The notes below the pieces were generated by a model, which saw only the letters and a program-made list of their open reading frames with translations, made no database searches and was not told the origin of the DNA. A DNA stretch of 64,000 nucleotides from Octopus vulgaris. Lineage: Eukaryota. The stretch lies in assembly GCA_951406725.2 (NCBI GenBank), contig OX597842.1, positions 6,262,001 through 6,326,000 on the forward strand. The letters are read 5' to 3'. Each line of letters starts with the position of its first letter. Within the stretch, counting starts at the first letter, position 1. A program made the translations under genes and the position numbers. This document shows, piece by piece, positions 52,250-64,000 of this stretch.

Positions 52250-52800
52250 AGCAAAAGCTGTGGGACTGGAGATTATAGTCATGATGGGGCATGCATGTAT
52301 GATAGGATGTACTTCCTTGCATATGGGCAAGAATTAAAAATTTTACTTCAGCTGTTTAGGTGGATGCCAGTGTGCTGGGAGTCTTTAGTATTGGCCTTTT
52401 ATCAATTAGGCATAATCTACACTTCCTGTTGTTATTGAAGTACACTTTACATTTCCCTAGAACCCTCCACTTTATGCTCTACTTGGTGGTGCTTTCTTTC
52501 AATGACCATATGTGCATGGTCAGGGCTGTGGTATTACATATCTCTGGGATACTGAAGGAGGACTTGTAGTTGTTGTAGCGGGTTCTGAAGGGGCTTTCAG
52601 TGACTGCCATGTACTTTCGTGCCTTTGGTTGGCCATTTGGTCCTATTCCTGTTACCTCAGTCTCATATAAGACGGTTCCTGTATTACAGTAGCTTTTTAG
52701 GAGACATGCTGTGTTATGCTTACATGAGCATCTCAGGTGTTGGCCTATCTACTAAAATCTCATTTTACGTTAGGCGCATAGCTAAAGGAAACTCTCAGAG
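52250..52800 (-). mobile_element. Penelope-like GIY-YIG remnant
   Basis: RKYMAVTESPFRTRYNNYKSSFSIPE; homologous to 63300-64000. Confidence 0.75.
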
Positions 52801-53377
52801 AGGGACTATTATATATTTTACTGAACCTATTTGTACAGCGTAGGCTCGAAACGTAAAAGACTTTTTCTGTTCCTGAGCGTTATACTAATACATCTGTTTG
52901 TTTTGTGCAACACCTGTCTTCGTCTTGTGCTTTTCTTTTCGTAAACTCTCCCTATATATATAAATACATATATTTATATAAGGCTTCTTTCAGTTTCTAT
53001 CTACCAAATCTACTCACAAGGCTTTGGTTAGCCCGAAGCTATAGTAGAAGATACTTGCCCAAGGTGTCACGCAGTAGGACTGAACCCGGAACCATGTGGT
53101 TGATAAGCAAGCTACTCACCACACAGCCACTCCTGCACCTATATATAACAAATCTAAAAGGGTGGCTTATTAGTAATTAGAACCTAAAGGCAAAATTAAT
53201 AGAGGTCACAAAAGTGACAGAGGCTACTGACTAGCACTGCTTTTGCTAAAGATAATAGTTAAACTTACTCAAAAGCTACAAAGCCGCAAAGACAGTGCGT
53301 ATGTGGATTCTGAGTTAGTTTAACTATTATCTTTAGCAAAAGTGGTGCTACTCAGTACCCTCTGTAATTTTTGTGAC

Positions 53378-53422
<45 letters not shown>

Positions 53423-53992
53423 TACGCACACACACACACACACACAAATACGCACACACGCAAATACACAAATGGTGCCTGGCAGCAGTTATTGTAAGGG
53501 AGATAATCGCTTCTAGATAAGCCATGACGGAGTTGGAAAGCTTGAATTTTTAAATCAAAAAGCCACAAAGATACACAGACTACGTAAACTTAATACCTTT
53601 TTTTCTTCTCGTTAAATGATCCTAAATATTTTTTAGTCACTGATAGCCATTTATGATGCTGTTTTATGCACACATACATACATACATACATACATACATA
53701 CATACATACATACATACATACATACATACATACATACATTCATACATACATGCATACATACATGCATACATATATACATACATACATACATTCATACATA
53801 CATACATACATACATACATACATTCATACATACATGCATACATACATACATACATATATACATACATACATATATACATACATACATACATTCATACATA
53901 CATACATATATACATACATACATACATTCATACATACATACATATATACATACATACATTCATACATACATACATACATACATATATTTTTG

Positions 53993-54039
<47 letters not shown>

Positions 54040-54040
<1 letters not shown>

Positions 54041-54340
54041 TGGAGGTGCAATGGCCCAGTGGTTCGGGCAGCGGACTCGCAGTTGTAGAATCGCAGTTTC
54101 GATTCCCAGACTGGCGTTGTGAGTGTTTATTGAGCGAAAACTCTTAAAGCTCCACGAGGCTCCGGCAGGGGTGGTGGCGATCCCTGCTGTACTCTTTTGC
54201 CCAGCTCTCTCTCACTCTTTCTTCTGTTGGCCTGCTCGCTTAGCCAGTGGGGTGGCGTCATTTGAAGGCTAAAACTATGTGAAGCGCATTGTGACCAGCG
54301 ATGTGTAGCAACATCTGATAGCCTGGTCGATCATAGTGAT
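54040..54340 (+). mobile_element. SINE family D
   Basis: Colinear with 18622-18924. Confidence 0.85.
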
Positions 54341-54639
54341 ATATATATATATCATCATACATATATATATATATGTATGTATGTATGTGTGTGTGTATAT
54401 GTTTGTGTGTCTGTGTTTGTCCCCCCCCCCCCAACATCACTTGACAACCGATGCTGGTGTGTTTACGTCCCCATAACCTAGTGATTTGGCAAAAGAGACC
54501 GATAGAATAAGTACTAGGCTTCCAAGGAATAAGTCCTGGGGTCGATTTGCTCAACTAAAAAAGGCGGTGCTCCAGTATGGCCACAGTCAAATGACTGAAA
54601 CAAGTAAAAGAGTAAAAGAGACTGGCCATTCCATCTGGT

Positions 54640-55295
54640 TTTACCAGAGAGGGTCTAGAGTAGGCAGCACAACTGGCCTTCGTAGATGGCTTTTCTGACA
54701 ACATATCAGTGCAGCTGCTACAACTGGCAGGCAGCGAGAAAACTGCCATGGAGTGACAGCAACCATTCATGGGGTGGTGCTTCAAGTGCCAGGGACTGAA
54801 CATATCAGTGACAAAGCCTGAACCTGTTTGCTACCAGTGCAGGCAGACTAGGCATATTGCTTGAAACTGCAGCCAGGAAAAAGGCCACGGGGAGGTTGCT
54901 GTCTCTCAAACTTCTCCCGTGGCCAAGTAGAGGGGATCATGCAAGAACAGCCTGCAGTTGAAGTCTTGGTTGTGGGAAAGGCATTCAAAACCCTTATGGA
55001 TACAGGCTGCACAACATTTCTTGTGACTTCAGGGGTGACAAAAAAATGGAAGGAGTCAAGTAGTGATTGGGCAGCTGACAGCAGTAAAATTGGACGTAAG
55101 GTAGCAGTAACATGGAGATAGTGGTGTGGGGCACAACACTGAGGCTGCTGGCAACTGTGATCAACCATGTGGTAGACGGAATTGACGTGGTGATGGGCAT
55201 GGCACCGATCAACTGCCTTGGAGATGTCAGTGTTGGTGGAGATGTGGTTTCATTTGGTGGTGCATGGGCATCATGCATTGTGAGTCTGCAACATG
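54640..55295 (+). mobile_element. Gypsy-like gag/protease relic
   Basis: Zinc knuckles WCFKCQG and VCYQCRQTRHIA*NC; aspartic protease motif TLMDTGCTTFLV; DVVMGM. Confidence 0.7.
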
Positions 55296-56375
55296 AGAGG
55301 TGCAGCAATATCAACTAGGGGAGAATCTAAAAGTAGTTGAAAGTCTCTGCTACCTAGGTGACCAAGTTAGTAGCAGGGATGGATGCTCAGAGAGTGTCAC
55401 CACTAGAATAAGAATAGCCTGGGTGAAGTTTAGGAAGCTTCTTCTCCTAATGGCAACAAAGGGTCCCTCGCTCAGATTGTATGACGCATGTGTGCGAACT
55501 ACCATGCTTCACGGTAATGAAACATGGGCCGTGACTGCGGAGGATATGTGTAGACTCAAAAGAAATGAAGCTAGCATGATCTGCTAGATGTGTAATGTCA
55601 GTGTCCATGCACGACAGAGTGTAAGCGCCCTGAGAGAAATGTTGGGCATAAGAAGCATCAGATGCAGTGTGCAGGAGAGACTTTTGCATTGGTATGGTCA
55701 TGTACTATGGATGGATGAGGAGAGATGTGTGAAGAAGTGCCACTCCCAAACTGTTGAAGGAATCTGGGGTAGAGGTAAACCCAGGAAGACATGGGATGAG
55801 GTGGTCAAGCATGACCTTCGTACGTTGAGCCTCACAGAGGCTATGACGAAAGACCGAGACCTCTGGAGATATGCTGTGACTTCGAAGACCCGACAAATGA
55901 AGTGAGTCCATGGCTCGTAGGATGGCCTGCTGTGCCAACCTTGGATCGTAGAGTGACCTGCTGTTCTTGAGGAGACCTATTGAGTCAAGTACGTTAACTT
56001 GAGTCAAGTATGTTAACACCAACATCAAAATGAAAATCAAATGGAAATACCCGTGCCAGTGACACATTAAAAGCACCATCCGAACATGGCAGTTGCCAGC
56101 GCCGCCTGACTGGCGTACGTGTCTGTGACACGTAAAAGCAACAACCGATCGTGGCCATTTGCCAGCCTCCTCTGGCCCCTGTGCCGGTGGGCATGTAAAA
56201 AGCACCCACTACTCTCATGGAGTGGTTGGCATTAGGGAGGGCATCCAGCTGTAGAAACACTGCCAGATCAGACTGGAGCCTGGTGCAGCCTCCTGGCTTC
56301 CCAGAGCCCCGTCAAACCGTCCAACCCATGCTAGCACGGAAAACAGATGTTAAACGATGATAATGATGATGATGA
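55296..56375 (+). mobile_element. 5'-truncated RTE LINE
   Basis: YLGDQVS...AWVKFRKL...LYDACVRTTMLHGNETW...RLLHWYGHV...GRGKPRKTW; (TGA)n tail. Confidence 0.9.
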
Positions 56376-56467
56376 TATATATGTATGTATCCATATATAT
56401 GCATGTATGTATGTATGTATATGTATGCATGCATGCATATATATATATGTGTGTGTACATACGTATG

Positions 56468-56523
<56 letters not shown>

Positions 56524-56647
56524 TACATATATATGGATACATATTTTTATTTTAATATTTCTATTATATGTAATTTTCTAGATGGTGTAATTTAATTGTT
56601 CATTTTGAATTGATAAAAGGTGGTTTCTTTCTAATTTTTATATATAC

Positions 56648-56680
<33 letters not shown>

Positions 56681-58939
56681 TATATATATATGTATATATG
56701 TGTGTGTATGTATATATATACAACATATTTCGCTAATTTTTGTGTGCTTTATTTTGATCAGAGATGTTTGTAATTTTTATTTTGTTTCTAAGGTTTATTT
56801 ATTTATTTATTTATTCATTGATATTGTTATTGATGTTGAATTTTATTTCAGTTGTGTGTGTGTGTGTGTGTGTGGTGTTGGTGCATTGTCTGAGGTTGTG
56901 TCTCAGTTTTATAAGTTTAACTATTTCTTGTGTACAACTGAGGCCGTGTGTCTTTTGGGTTTTGTATAGTTACACTGTTTGAATGAATTGTCTTGTAGTG
57001 TGTACGATGGTGATTGTAGATGTTGTTCACTGTATGTGTTGCAGTATCTGTCAATGCTTGTGGTAGTGTTGCTGAAAATATTGTACTGTAACCTCTACGG
57101 TCGTATATATGTGTTGTTGAATTGAATTCTAAAAAAAAAAATTGATTTAGTTTCTTGGTGGAATTCCTTCCACTGGGATTTCTTTTTTCCATTTGTAAAA
57201 GTAGTTTTGATTTCTTTGATAATAGTTTTGATTCTCTGATAATTATTTGTAGTTTGCTCTGAGGATATTTGGGTTGTTGCTTACCATGTGGGAGCTAGGT
57301 ATGTAGAGTAGAAAGTACAGTCTAGGAAATAAGTGCTGAAGGTAACTTGGTAGTGTATGTTTGTGTGTTGGCAGGAATTGCAGATGATGCAGAGGGAATT
57401 TAGTTGAGAAGCTGTTTATTGATGTGTTTTATTTTTATTAGTACTTTTCTGAAAACCCAGAAACGTTGAATACCTTCAGTTCTCCCCAGACGATGCTGTT
57501 TTACAGGAGTGTTAACCTTTTAACATTGTTTTGAATTAATCATATATTATCTTATAGCTTTCAGATTTTGACGGGGTAGCTGTTGATTTTTAGAATGATG
57601 TGAGGGGACAGATCTGGCCAGTTTGAACATAAAACTGGTAGAATATTTCGGCCAAATATGGCCAGTTTAAATGCTAAAGTGTTAAGGTGCAACCTGATGA
57701 AATGATTGAGAAGGTTAGTAGTGAATGCTCTTTTACTCTGTGTTTCAGTCACTGTGGCCATACTGGAGCACTGTTTTCAATTATTTCATATAATAGATGA
57801 TGTTAGTTTATCACCCAATAATGATGATCATCATCATCGTTTAACGTCCACTTTCCATGCTAGCATGGGTTGGACGGTTCAACCAGGGTCTGGGAAGCCA
57901 GGAGGCCGCACCAGGCTCCAATCTGATTTGGCAGTGTTTCTACAGCTGGATGCCCTTCTTAATGCCAACCACTCTGTGAGTGTAGTGGATCCTTTTTACG
58001 TGCCACCGGCACAGGTGCCAGGGGAGGCTGGCAACATCCATGATTGGTTGGTGCTTTTTATGTGCCACTGGCCAGTCAAGGCGGCACTGGCATCGACCAT
58101 ATTCAGATGGTGCTCTTTACGTGCCACCGGCATGGGTATCACAACTTCGATTTCCATTTGATTTTCATTTTGATGTTGATGTGCTTGACTGAATAGGTCT
58201 CCTCAAGCACAGCAGGTCGCCCTACAATCCAAGGTAAGCACAGCAGGCCATCCGAATTACCGAAATACTACAACTTTAACAAGAAATAACTTCCAAAATA
58301 CAGAATTTTCTCAACAACGCCAAGAGTAAAAGATGTTTTATGGGACACATTCTACAAGTATACGATGTTTGAAAGTGTTTAGTTTCAAAAAATTATTTTT
58401 TAAATCTGTCAGTCAAAAGGTAAAGATCCAAACACTGAATCTGTTTTTTGTGATGGCTTATTTTGGTGACAGTCATGTTTGGTATTAACGGCAAAAATGT
58501 GTGCATGCACAAACATAGAGTTATACAGATAGGTAGATCGATATATATATAAAGAGAGAGAGAGAGAGAAAGAGAGACGGACAATAGATGTTACAATTTA
58601 TAAATTGATTCTGATTGACATAAACTTTCTCTTTCATACACATACAGGTCAGGTGTGGGTGTGTAAGAAGTTTGCTTCCCAACCACAAGGTTCAATCCCA
58701 CTTTATCTGAAGGAGAAGCACACTCTAAGATGTAGAGCAGTAAATATTATAGAGGGTAGGCAGATTTATGGGGTTACCCTGGATTTCTCGCTTATAAGGG
58801 GTTTAGCCTTACAGCGTATCTTCATTCCCCTAACACTGCTGGCCTGAGACCTCTTTAAAATATGGAAGGGAAAAAGCCTCATTTTTAAGGATAAAAACCT
58901 TAGGTGGTTATCTCCCTTTGCCATTGTTCATCGATCTTC

Positions 58940-59340
58940 AGCCATGGTGCCATTTTACAGTCACTAAAACACCACGAAGGTAAACGATTGTCTCCCTTTG
59001 GTCTTGGCTATTTCCAGCTGTGGTGCAGCCATGCGGATTCCAAAAAGCCAGCAGGGATTTTCTAAAACACAGGCATGGTCCGAAAATTTCCGTCCTGGAA
59101 TTCAGGATGCCCCCTGGCATGAGCAAGTCTTTAAGGATCCTTGTGCGCTCAGCAATGCATAACTTGCACCATTTCGAGTATTTTCCATGCAATCAAGTAT
59201 GGAATCTCCTCGTCTCATAATTGCCAAACATGGCTGGCCAGCGATGTCACGTATCTCCTTTCTGGGACTCTGAAGGAGGATAGATGATCAGAAATACGCT
59301 GTTTGAGAGAGTTCCCAGTGCACTCCACATAATTCTGTGG
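58940..59340 (-). mobile_element. Penelope-like GIY-YIG C-terminal remnant
   Basis: CKLCIAERTRIL...LNSRTEIFGPC. Confidence 0.7.
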
Positions 59341-59807
59341 GCATGTGATGTCATTGCGCCTGTTGCTGTTGTTGCTGCCACTACTACTGTTTCCATTGAT
59401 GCCATTGGTGGTGTTGTCACTGCTGGAGTGTTGGCGTTGACGTTGGTGCTGGTGTTGGTGTTGGTGTCGCTCGGGTGGTGTTGGTGCCAGTCATATTCTT
59501 GTGCCTACATGTTCTGCCTGTGGTGCAGTCATTGGTGTTGCTGTTGTTGTTGCTGTTGGTGTTGCTGCCGTTGTTGTTGTTATTGTTGTTGTTGTTGTCA
59601 CTGCTGCTGGCGCTGCCACCGGTGTTGGTGTTGTTGTTGATGGTGCTTTTGCTGTCAATGGTGGAGGATGTGGTGGTGGCGACGGTACTGCTATCGTCTC
59701 TACTGGTTCTTCTTCTTCTTCCTCTATGTGGTTATAAATGAGACACTTACAAAAATATCCCAAGGCCTCTTCCTCCTCTAATATTCATATTTAGATTGTA
59801 CTTTATA

Positions 59808-59934
59808 ATCTCTGAAGAGGCCTTGGGATATTTTTGTAAGTGTCTCATTTATAACCACATATTAACTTATCACACCTGGCTAATATGAGCACAATGAGAT
59901 ACCCATATCTACATGGCGGAAACAGCTGTAAGAT
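59808..59934 (+). ncRNA. Type I hammerhead candidate with a long loop II
   Basis: atct CTGAAGA ggcc...ggcg GAAA cagctg TA agat; 47-bp perfect inverted copy of part of it at 59726-59772. Confidence 0.6.
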
Positions 59935-60127
59935 GTAGTTTACATTTATATTTATTTATATTTATTTATACATTTTGTACTTATTGTATCATATTACTCA
60001 TTGATGTGCATTGTTTTGTTCATATTTGACCTGATGTTCATATGTAGTGGGTTAATAAATTATGTGATTGGGTATTATCTGGTAGTTGATTATCGATTAA
60101 GGTGTATTTCTCCATTTTCTTATTTTG

Positions 60128-60171
<44 letters not shown>

Positions 60172-60191
60172 CTCTATATTTGTATTGTTAT

Positions 60192-62355
60192 TTATTGCCA
60201 AGGAGAAGCACCACTGATGCTATACTTCTGTTAAGACAGCGACTTGAGAAGTACCTAACCAAAAATAAACCCCTGTACTTGGCTTTTGTTGACATGGAGA
60301 AAGCTGTCAACAGGGTCCCCCATTCCCTTATTTGGTGGTCAATACAGAAACTAGGGATAGATGAATGGTTGGTTAGAGCTGTACGAGCCAAGTACAGGGA
60401 TATTGTCAGTGAGGTGCAGGTTGGTGATGAGTATAGCAATAAATTCAGGGCACAAGTAGGGGTTCACCAAGGATCAGTTCTCAGCTCCCTCTTGTTCATC
60501 ATAGTCCTCCAGGCAATAAAAGAGGAATTTAAGACATGCTGGTGACCTTGTTCTTATAGCTAAATCACTACCAGAACTAGAGAAAAAGTTTCAGGTGTGG
60601 AAGCAAGGTCTAGAATCAAAGGGCCTTAGTGTTTGCCTAGCAAAAACCAAAGTCTTAGTAAGAAGGAAAGAGGATAAATTACAAATGCCTTCAGGTAGAT
60701 GGCCCTGCTTGATATGTAGAAAAGGTGTAGATAGAAACTCCATAAGGTGTACCTAGAGTAAGCTATGGACACATAAGAGGTGCAGCAATATCAAAGGAAG
60801 GTTAACAGGGAAAATAGTTTTTGTGTGTGGCAGATGTACATGTACAATAAAAACCAGAATTGTACAAAAAACAGACTCCATCAAATGCCAGGAGGGATAC
60901 CTAGAAGTAGTTGATAGCTTCCATTATTTAGGTGACCAAGACAGCAGCAGAGTTGGCTGCTCCAAGAGTGTAGCTACAAGAATAAGAACAAGCGAGACAA
61001 AGTTCAAGGAGTTTCTACCTTTGTTAACAGCCATGCTACATGGCAGTAATACATGAGCTATGACTGCAGAGGACATGTGAAGACTTGAAAGAAATGAATC
61101 TAGTATGCTTCACTGGATGTGCAATGTCAGTGTGCATGCACAACAGAATGTAAACCTCTTCAAAGAAAAACTGGGCATAAGAGGTATCAGATGTGGTGTT
61201 TAAGAGAGACAACTGTGCTGGGATGGTCGTGGGAATCATATGGATGAGGACAGCAGTGTAAACAAGTACTGATCTCTAACTGTGCAGAGAACCTGTGGAA
61301 GATGGAGACACAGGAAGACACAGGATGAGGTGATGCAGCATGGTCTTTGGATGCTGAGCATCCCAGAGACAATGACACATTGCTAAAATTGCTAAGAAGG
61401 CTGAGGGTGTCTTGGCATCACTTACCAAGTCCTTTGTGAGCCACTCCCTGGCTACCTATTGAGGCTTTATATAGCTATGGTGCGACCTCACCTGGAATTT
61501 GCATCACCGGTCTGGAACCCCTATCTTGCCCAGGATATTAATCGTCTGGAAACCGTTCAGCGATGTGCAACCAAGAGAATACCCTCCATCAGGCATTTGC
61601 CATATTCTGAATGCCTTACTTCCCTGGGCATGGACACATTGAAACTCCAACGTCTGGGCAGACACCCATAAAATTATTAACCATCTTACTAACAATAACT
61701 CTGAGCACCTTTTCAAGCTCCATCTGTCTAACACCCGTGGACATGTTTACAAAGTCAGAAAACAGCACAGCTCCCATGACTTTCAGAAACAATTTTTCAC
61801 GTTCAGAGTTGCTGAAGCATGGAACAAACTGCCGGCTTCAGTTGTTAGTTGTCGGAGCACTGCACCTTCAAAACTTCCATGCTTCCTGAGATTCGCCAAC
61901 ACTACACCTGATTTTCTCCCCTCCATACACATGCAAGCATGTATCTGACTCATACACTGTTCACTTTCCTGACATTTGTACATTACTGCATATGCTTTAT
62001 ATGCACTTTTGACAAGTTGTGGTGCACCTGAGCACTGTATACAATAATTTCATTATTATTAAGTGATTGAGACCTTTGGTGATATGGTGTGCTTGAGAAA
62101 ATTCATTAAGTCAAGTGAAATCATAGTCATGGATGACACCAGTGTCACATGTCCAGCACACATGCTGGTGGCACGTAAAAATCATCTACAGCACTCTTAG
62201 AGTGGTTGGCATTAAGAAGGGCATCTGGCTGTAGAAACCATTGCCAAATCAGACTGGAACCTGGTGCAGTTCTCTGGCTTAACAGTTTCAGTTAAACCAT
62301 CCAACCCATGCCAGCATGGAAAGCAGACGTTAAATGATGATAATGATAATGATGA
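60192..62355 (+). mobile_element. Decayed RTE LINE (RT, PHD-like insert, 3' UTR) interrupted by CR1
   Basis: RSTTDAI...LAFVDMEKA...GVHQGSVLS; tail shared with the other RTE copies. Confidence 0.9.
61372..62060 (+). mobile_element. 5'-truncated CR1-like LINE nested in the RTE
   Basis: LYIAMVRPHLEFASPVWNPYLAQDINRLETVQRCATK; (ATT)n tail. Confidence 0.85.
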
Positions 62356-62479
62356 CACACACATACATATATGTAGTGTAGACTTCCATTGTTTATAGGA
62401 TCAACCAAAAAGGTATTCCCTCTGTGTGTGTGTGTGTGTGTGTGTGCACGTGTACATACAAATATGCATATATACTCTC

Positions 62480-62855
62480 TCTCTTTTACTTGTTTGGAGC
62501 ACCGCCTTTTAGTCGAGCAAATCAACCCTGGGACTTATTCTTTGTAAGCCCAGTACTTATTCTATCGGTCTCTTTTGCCGAACCACTAAGTAACGAGGAT
62601 ATAAACATACCAGCATCGGTTGTCAAGCGATGTTGGGGGGGACAAACACAGACACACAAACACACACACGCATATATATATATACATATATACGACAGGC
62701 TTCTTTCAGTTTCCATCTACCAAATCCACTCACAAGGCTTTGGTTGGCCGGGGCTATAGCAGAAGACACATGCCCAATTTGCCACACAGTGGGACTGAAC
62801 CCAGAACCATGTGGTTGGTAAGCAAGCTACTTACCACACAGCCACTCCTGCACCT
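62480..62855 (-). mobile_element. SINE family A
   Basis: Colinear with 8700-9090. Confidence 0.85.
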
Positions 62856-63131
62856 ATATATATGCAAATTTCTATTATACAGCAACACAGACTCAGAGTT
62901 AGAAAGGGTTCCTTAGTGCTGCAAGTTCCATGGTAACCTCATTAATAATTGTTCCACAAACCAGCACCAAGTACACATTGTAAATTGGTTGGCATCAAGG
63001 AGGAAATCCAATCATAGGAACAATGTCAAATCAGACGGTGTGTGTTGCAGTGCTCCAACTTGTTGGAACTTGTCAAACCATACCCATAAAGGCATTCATT
63101 AAATGATGATCATCATCAGCATAATCAATGA

Positions 63132-63162
<31 letters not shown>

Positions 63163-63299
63163 GATATAGATATATTTATGTTAATACTCTAAATTTCTTA
63201 AATTTCTGCATAATTATTATTGGATTTACCTGTCTTACATGAAGATTTACCTAGGATTTATATTCTACATACATTTACTACTGCTTGTTGAAATGCTAA

Positions 63300-64000
63300 A
63301 GCTATAGTCCTTGCCTTATCGGGGTGTGCATGGGTGCATTGGTATGTGCTTTAGTTAAACTCTTTGCCGAGCCCAACATCATTGGTAGAAGATCAAGGCC
63401 AGAGACCTGTGGTTGCAGTCATGATAGGGCATGCAGGTACAATAGGATGTACTTTCTTTCATGTGGGCAGGGATTAAACACTTCATTCCTGCTATTCAGA
63501 TAAATATCCAGGCATTGGATGCTTTAAAATTGCTCTCTTCTCAGCAAGGCATAACCTGCACTTCTTGTTGCTATTGAAGTACAGTTTCCTTTTTTCCAAG
63601 ATCTTCCACTTTATACTGTACTCTGAGGTGCTTTCTTTCAAAGACAAAAAGTTCTTGGATAGGGTTGTTGCGTTACGTCTTTCTGGAATGTTGAAGGAGG
63701 ACTTGTGGTTGTTAAAGCAGGTTTTAAAGGGGCCTTCCATTGCCCCCACATACTTCTGCATACTTGGTTGTCTATTTGGTCCTGTGGCTATTACCTCTGC
63801 CTCATATTCTACTGTTTCTATGTTGCAGTGGCTATTCAGTAGACAAGTTGCGTTATCCCTGCATGAGCATCCTGCCTCTGCCTCAAGGGTAGGCCTACCT
63901 ACTAAAATCTTTTTAAGACTAGGTGCACAGCTAAAGGATAGTCTCAAGGTATGTCCATTGAATATTTTATTGAATCTATTAGTATGGGGGAAGTGCTTAT
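63300..64000 (-). mobile_element. Penelope-like element, GIY-YIG endonuclease region (runs off the window)
   Basis: VEYEAEV...KYVG...FKTCFNNHKSSF...TTLSK...IKWKIL...CRLCLAEK. Confidence 0.85.

Overview
Repeat-saturated, AT-rich animal genomic DNA, most likely cephalopod (Octopus-like SINE, RTE and Penelope families; this is an inference from recognised repeat types). I could not support any intact host protein-coding gene. Almost all ORF-track entries are microsatellite or low-complexity translations or decayed transposon ORFs. The window holds four tRNA-derived SINE families, RTE, CR1, I-group and R4/Dong-like LINE fragments, Penelope-like (PLE) GIY-YIG remnants and pseudo-LTRs, two Tigger, two mariner and three maT-like DNA transposons, a Helitron-type element, a Gypsy gag/protease relic and a solo LTR. 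Most interesting: (1) several sequence-unrelated type I hammerhead-ribozyme folds with palindromic helix III in PLE-like termini; (2) a triplicated, decayed, unidentified ORF family at 27.4-32.1 kb with synonymous-biased divergence; (3) a solo LTR carrying a dense YY1/NRF1/ETS/E2F motif cluster; (4) an 824-bp foldback element with TTAGGG repeats; (5) RLE retrotransposon ends consistently embedded in (TACA)n. Coordinates were read by eye and may be off by a few bases (tens of bases for decayed ends).
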